The position numbers were made by a program, and so were the translations under genes. Below, piece by piece: positions 59,665 to 64,000 of a stretch of 64,000 nt of DNA (its first letter is position 1; each line of letters begins with the position of its first letter). The notes below the pieces were generated by a model that saw only the letters and a list, made by a program, of their open reading frames with translations, made no database searches and was not told the origin of the DNA. This stretch comes from an uncultured candidate division Zixibacteria bacterium (lineage in GTDB: Bacteria; Zixibacteria; MSB-5A5; GN15; FEB-12), in the NCBI GenBank assembly GCA_963806185.1, contig CAWDXE010000001.1, positions 416,001 to 480,000 of the forward strand, given 5' to 3'.

Positions 59665-60809
59665 CGGCGCTCCCGGCCCGTAACGTGACCAACAACAGAT
59701 GGCCATCGCCGCCGATGTTCCCCAGCCCCATCACCAGGTGCTGCGGAGAAATGCCCAGTCGGGCCAATTCCTGTTGGCTGTCGCGAATCTGCCTGCGCGT
59801 CCAGCTTACCACGGCTCCGCGAGGACATCCCGCCGAAATCAGGGCCCGGCGCATGTACGGGGCGTGACTACCGATAACGATCACATGGCTCAAGTCTTTG
59901 AGGGTCGGCATGAACTTCGAGAACAGGGTCGATCGGAGCGGCCGGTCTGCGCGAGCATTGAATACTACTGTCAAGTGCGTGGTTTCAGGATAGCGCGAGC
60001 GCCAATATGCGATGAACTGCCCGGCGGACGTCACATCATTGACCGCAAACCCATTGACAAAGGGCACACCATGATCAATCGTGAAGACATCGGGTCGACT
60101 TGCTTGAACCGCTTCGGCTACAATTGCCGGATATGCTATTTCCGATGTCACGCCGCTTGCCTGACATGCCGCCAACGCCAGCGCCACGTTGACGGGAAAG
60201 ACCCCCTCGGGAAGACTGTCTGACTGCTCTGACCGCAAGTCAGGGACCACCGTTACCCGATTGCCCAGCCTGGCCGCCCGGGCTTTGAGTGGTTCCACAT
60301 GCGCGCCCGCGGCGGTGATAACCATTGAGCCGGGAGTCATCGCCCCACAGGGCGGCAATCTGCTGTTCGGTATCGTTACCCAGTTCTTCGCGATGGTCGT
60401 CCAACACATTGGTGAGCAGGTATATGTGCGGTCGAAATACTCGGGCTTCGACAGCTTGCAGATCCGGTCGGATTGACATGCACTCCAATACCAATGCGTC
60501 CGCACTCCCGCGGGCAGCGCGCAGAATAGTCTTGAATTGCTCTTGAACTCTGGCGCCGCTCCGGCGTATGACGGGGACAGACGACCCATCCGGGCGGATC
60601 AACGTCGGTGTGATGCCGGTGATCTTGGCCATCGTCTTTCGACCGCCGGCGCGAAGTCCCGCCGCTATGTATCTGGTGACACTAGACTTGCCACGGGTAC
60701 CGTTCACATGAATACGAATAGACAGGCGGTTGGCCCTGTTTCGGACAACCGTCCCCTCAACGAATAATAGAATCAAGACAAGAATCAACAAACCAAGAGG
60801 TATCATCAT
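59654..60809 (-). CDS. capB: Poly-gamma-glutamate synthase CapB/PgsB, split by a 1-bp frameshift near 60345
   Basis: RIHVNGTRGKSSVTR, AK.TG, LECM..P.LQ, TNV..DH in one frame; FVNGFA.ND, N.RADR.LRS, GLGNIGG in the next. Confidence 0.9.
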
Positions 60810-60844
60810 GTGGGTACAGTCCGGAGCACGTTCGCTCGCTCAAG

Positions 60845-62784
60845 TCAATATCCGATAGCCACCCCTCCGCGGCGCTTGTCCGCCGAACCGTAGTAGGTGC
60901 CCGTCGCCTGATCGACGACGATCACTTGTACGCCGCCGAAGAACAGATCCTGGCCCTCGTACCGGCGTATCGTGTGTCCCATCCGTTCCAGTTCGGCGCA
61001 CACCGTGTCGCCGATGCCTCCCTCGGTAAAAAGAAAGTCCTCGAATTTCTCGCAGAAAAATCTTGGCGCGGCATTCGCCTCATCCGCATTCATGTGGAAA
61101 TCGATGACGTTGACCATGACTTCCACCACGGTGCAGATGATTCGGCTGGCTCCCGGTGATCCGACGACCATGAGGGGCTGACCATCTTTCAGCACGACCG
61201 TGGGACAGATCGAACTGCGCGGCTGTTTGTTCGGCTCGACCAGATTGGGCGTGGCCGACTCGGAGAAATTGGACATGCCGCAGTTCAGGAGTACGCCTTC
61301 GGCAGTGATCCCGGATCCAAAAAACGTTCCCAGCGTTTGCGTCAGGGCGACCATGTTACCCTCGCCGTCAATCACTGAAAGGTGGGTCGTATGACCGCCG
61401 TCGTATCCGTTGTCATCCGGAGTCTCGTTGCCATCGCCCGTCGTGTCGCTCGGCGCTTCTTCGGGATTCGCCGGTCTCTTTTCTTTCACGGCCGCGCCAC
61501 TCTTCTTGCCGCCCAACTATCGAACATGTTCTCGTCGAATCCACCGCGGTTGGTGCCGGACTCGTCCAGCCCGTCGTCCCACCCTTTGGCGGTCTTTCCG
61601 GATTGCACACGACTTCCGCCGGCGGACGTCCGGCTCTGATCGAATGGCTCCGGATTCCCCGCCTGGGTGAGGCGGTACTGTTTTGGCTCGGCGCGGTACA
61701 GGTTGATGTCGTCGACGCGTTGGCGAGCGTAGTCCTTGTTGATGATGCCATCGACCGGCACATACGTAAACTGCGGATCGCCGAGGTACTGCCAACGGTC
61801 AGCATAGCTGCGTCGGAGAGTCTCGGCCATGAAGTGCAGAGTCTTCGCCGAGGTGCTGAAGTGCCCCATTGCCGCGATGTTTTCATTTTCGAGCATATTA
61901 AGTGACTGGATAATGGTCGAACCTGACTGCGGCGCGGCGGCGGAGATGATTTGACACCCGCGATATGTTCCCTCGACCGGTGCGAGAAGCTCAGCCTTGT
62001 AGTTGGCCATATCGTCAATGGTCAGGGCGCCACCCAGTTCGGTGACCCGCTTCACGATCCCTTCAGCGACCGGTCCGGTGTAGAATCCTCGCTGGCCCTT
62101 TGCGGCGATGATCTTGAGTGTATTGGCCAAATCCGGCTGGCGGAGCGTGTCGCCTTCCATCCTGGGAAAACCATCAGCCAGAAATATCGCCGCAGTGGCT
62201 GAGTCGCTCTGGATCGTCTCAAGATTATCGAGCATCAGTTGTGCCAGCGTAGCGTCGACGGGAAAGCCGTCGCCGGCCAACCGAATTGCCGGCTCAATCA
62301 CCTGCGCAAGAGGAAGACGCCCAAACTGTTGCAGGGCCTGGGTCAATCCGGCCACTGTCCCGGGTACCAGAATCGACTTGGCGGTCGTCCGATCTTTGTC
62401 TCCGCGATAGTCGATGCGGTCGATAATGCCGGACGTGCGATGATAATAGTTGATGTACGACGACCGCTTGGTGTCGTTCATGTATATGACCATGCCGCCG
62501 CCGCCGCCCAACCCCGAACCATCGGGCTCGACAACGCCGATGGCAAACGCCGCGGCGACAGCGGCGTCGACGGCGTTACCGCCCTCTCTTAGCACTTCAA
62601 GCGCGGCTTGAGAGGCCAGCGGATGAGCCGTGGCCACCATTCCCTGCTTGCCGGTGGCCATATCTGTTGCCGCCGTCTGCGCGAAAAGACCTGACGGCAT
62701 CGCCCCTGCCAGTATCAGGAGACTGGCGATAACCGCCACCAGCTGATAGGTATGTCTCCGCTTATTCATGTGCTTCATCTCCAT
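60845..62784 (-). CDS. ggt: Gamma-glutamyltransferase (CapD/Ggt family), split by a 1-bp frameshift near 61513
   Basis: GMVA.AHPLAS.A..GGNAVDAA, SGLGGGG, VPGTVAGL; small subunit TTHLSVID..GN, KQPRSS, GSPG, D.RR.G. Confidence 0.92.
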
Positions 62785-62837
62785 AAATCACCAGCATTCG
62801 GGCGCAGCGGCTTTCGAACGGTCGCAACGCCGCCTGT

Positions 62838-63470
62838 TTACTTCTTAAATATCTGGCCCAGCGGCGTCGCCACGTCGGCAATTTTCACCACAACGTCGAT
62901 CGGAATCTTCTTCGCTTCCGCGATCTTCGTGAAGTATTTATCCTCGTCCCCCTGAGCAACCACAACGAGTCGCTCAGAGTCCGTCGCCGCCACTTTACAG
63001 AAATCGTCCGACTGGCCGCCGCGCCGGGCGGAACCGCCGATGTGAACGGTCACAATCGGAATCTTCTTTTCCTTGGCCGCCGCGACGAGGGCGACCACAC
63101 GATCCATTTCATCCTTTTGGCTCACACCGGCCGCGCCAAGGCCTTTGGACGAGAACCCCGGAACGATCACCAGTGTCTTGACTCCTTCGAGATCAGCCGA
63201 TTTGGCCATTCCCACAACCTTGGCGTCAAGTTTCTGCTGTTTCGCCAACATGCCGACCAATTTCACGTCGGCACTTTGTCCGGCGGAAGTGATCAGGATC
63301 GGCTGTTCGAGCGCGGCTTTCTGCTGCTCCTGTGCCACAACGGTCAGACCGCACAGCATCACAATCGCCAGGACGATAATACTACCCGGTAGATTCTCCG
63401 TGCGAGACTTTGTATTCTTAGATTGTTCATTTATGTCGTACTCATTATCGCAAATAGTGGCCGATCCCAT
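62838..63470 (-). CDS. Exported DUF6305-like protein (start uncertain)
   Basis: PILITSAGQSAD, G.SSKGLGAAG, VHIGG.ARRG. Confidence 0.75.
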   Translation of the reverse strand: MGSATICDNEYDINEQSKNTKSRTENLPGSIIVLAIVMLCGLTVVAQEQQKAALEQPILITSAGQSADVKLVGMLAKQQKLDAKVVGMAKSADLEGVKTLVIVPGFSSKGLGAAGVSQKDEMDRVVALVAAAKEKKIPIVTVHIGGSARRGGQSDDFCKVAATDSERLVVVAQGDEDKYFTKIAEAKKIPIDVVVKIADVATPLGQIFKK

Positions 63471-64000
63471 TGCTTATCACCTCATCATAGGACGGCAGCC
63501 CGCCGGTCACAATACTTTTGTCCGGATACATCTCTGAATAGGCGCCAAGGATCGCCTGGAAACCCTGCAAATGGCGCCCCACCCGCAGATCAAGCGGCTC
63601 ACCCTCGGGAAGATATTCAATACGCAGCTTTCCGGATTCCAGCGCGCGTTTATACTCCTCGCTGACGCCATACAGGATCAACTGCTCATCGGTCTTGCCG
63701 CGCAGTCGCCCCTGAATAGGGTTGCTGGTCTCCATGAGGAACGGCATGACGTCCGTCCGGTCTCCCCATTCACGATGGCTCAGGCCGCGAAAGCTCTCCG
63801 GCGATGATTCGGGTGAATAGCGAAGGTCGGACATTTCCAGATTCAGCACCGCTGCGAGGGCAACATCTTCTCCTTTGGGATGGTATACGATCGCATTGAT
63901 AATAGGTATCTCCGGTGCGGCTTCGTGCAGGTCGAACGCTACATCGACGTTCTCCTTCTGGATCAGTTGCATGATTGCGTAAGCGACTTTTTCGGTGAAA
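63445..64000 (-). CDS. Succinylglutamate desuccinylase/M14-like deacylase (5' end outside window)
   Basis: DLHEA.PE.P.INA.V.H, RGLSHREWGD, METSNP.QG.LRG; adjacent to the DUF6305-like gene. Confidence 0.7.
   Translation of the reverse strand, partial: FTEKVAYAIMQLIQKENVDVAFDLHEAAPEIPIINAIVYHPKGEDVALAAVLNLEMSDLRYSPESSPESFRGLSHREWGDRTDVMPFLMETSNPIQGRLRGKTDEQLILYGVSEEYKRALESGKLRIEYLPEGEPLDLRVGRHLQGFQAILGAYSEMYPDKSIVTGGLPSYDEVISNGIGHYLR

Overview
GC-rich bacterial DNA. Five genes end in a Cys-bracketed dockerin-like tail (CC-x-GN-x-DC...VDIGDLTxLIxxLF), which points to candidate phylum Zixibacteria (inference). There are four blocks. (1) 1-11 kb is sigma54 signalling: a kinase-TPR-GAF-AAA enhancer-binding protein, a sigma54-type promoter, a 79-aa exported peptide, an HTH/WYL-like regulator and an adhesin-like gene, with a divergent FG-GAP/PAS histidine kinase and NtrC-type regulator. 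(2) 11-21 kb holds envelope and secreted proteins, a DUF299 kinase/pyrophosphorylase and an octaheme HAO-family cytochrome. (3) 21-44 kb is a general-stress-like island (two degenerate ECF sigmas, two atypical NarL/LuxR regulators, GT4 + GH130, BON, DUF883, SpoVG, RRM, RNase II-like, MarC). Six of its promoters share an 18-bp motif exactly 10 bp upstream of the -35 box. (4) 44-64 kb has an M3 peptidase, a repeat-flanked methyltransferase islet, and a poly-gamma-glutamate cluster (ggt, capB, capC, pgsW) extended by an apparently exported glutamate racemase and two giant dockerin-tailed proteins that share a near-identical 1.24-kb module. Four genes are split by single-base indels, probably sequencing errors. 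No rRNA, tRNA or CRISPR array was seen.
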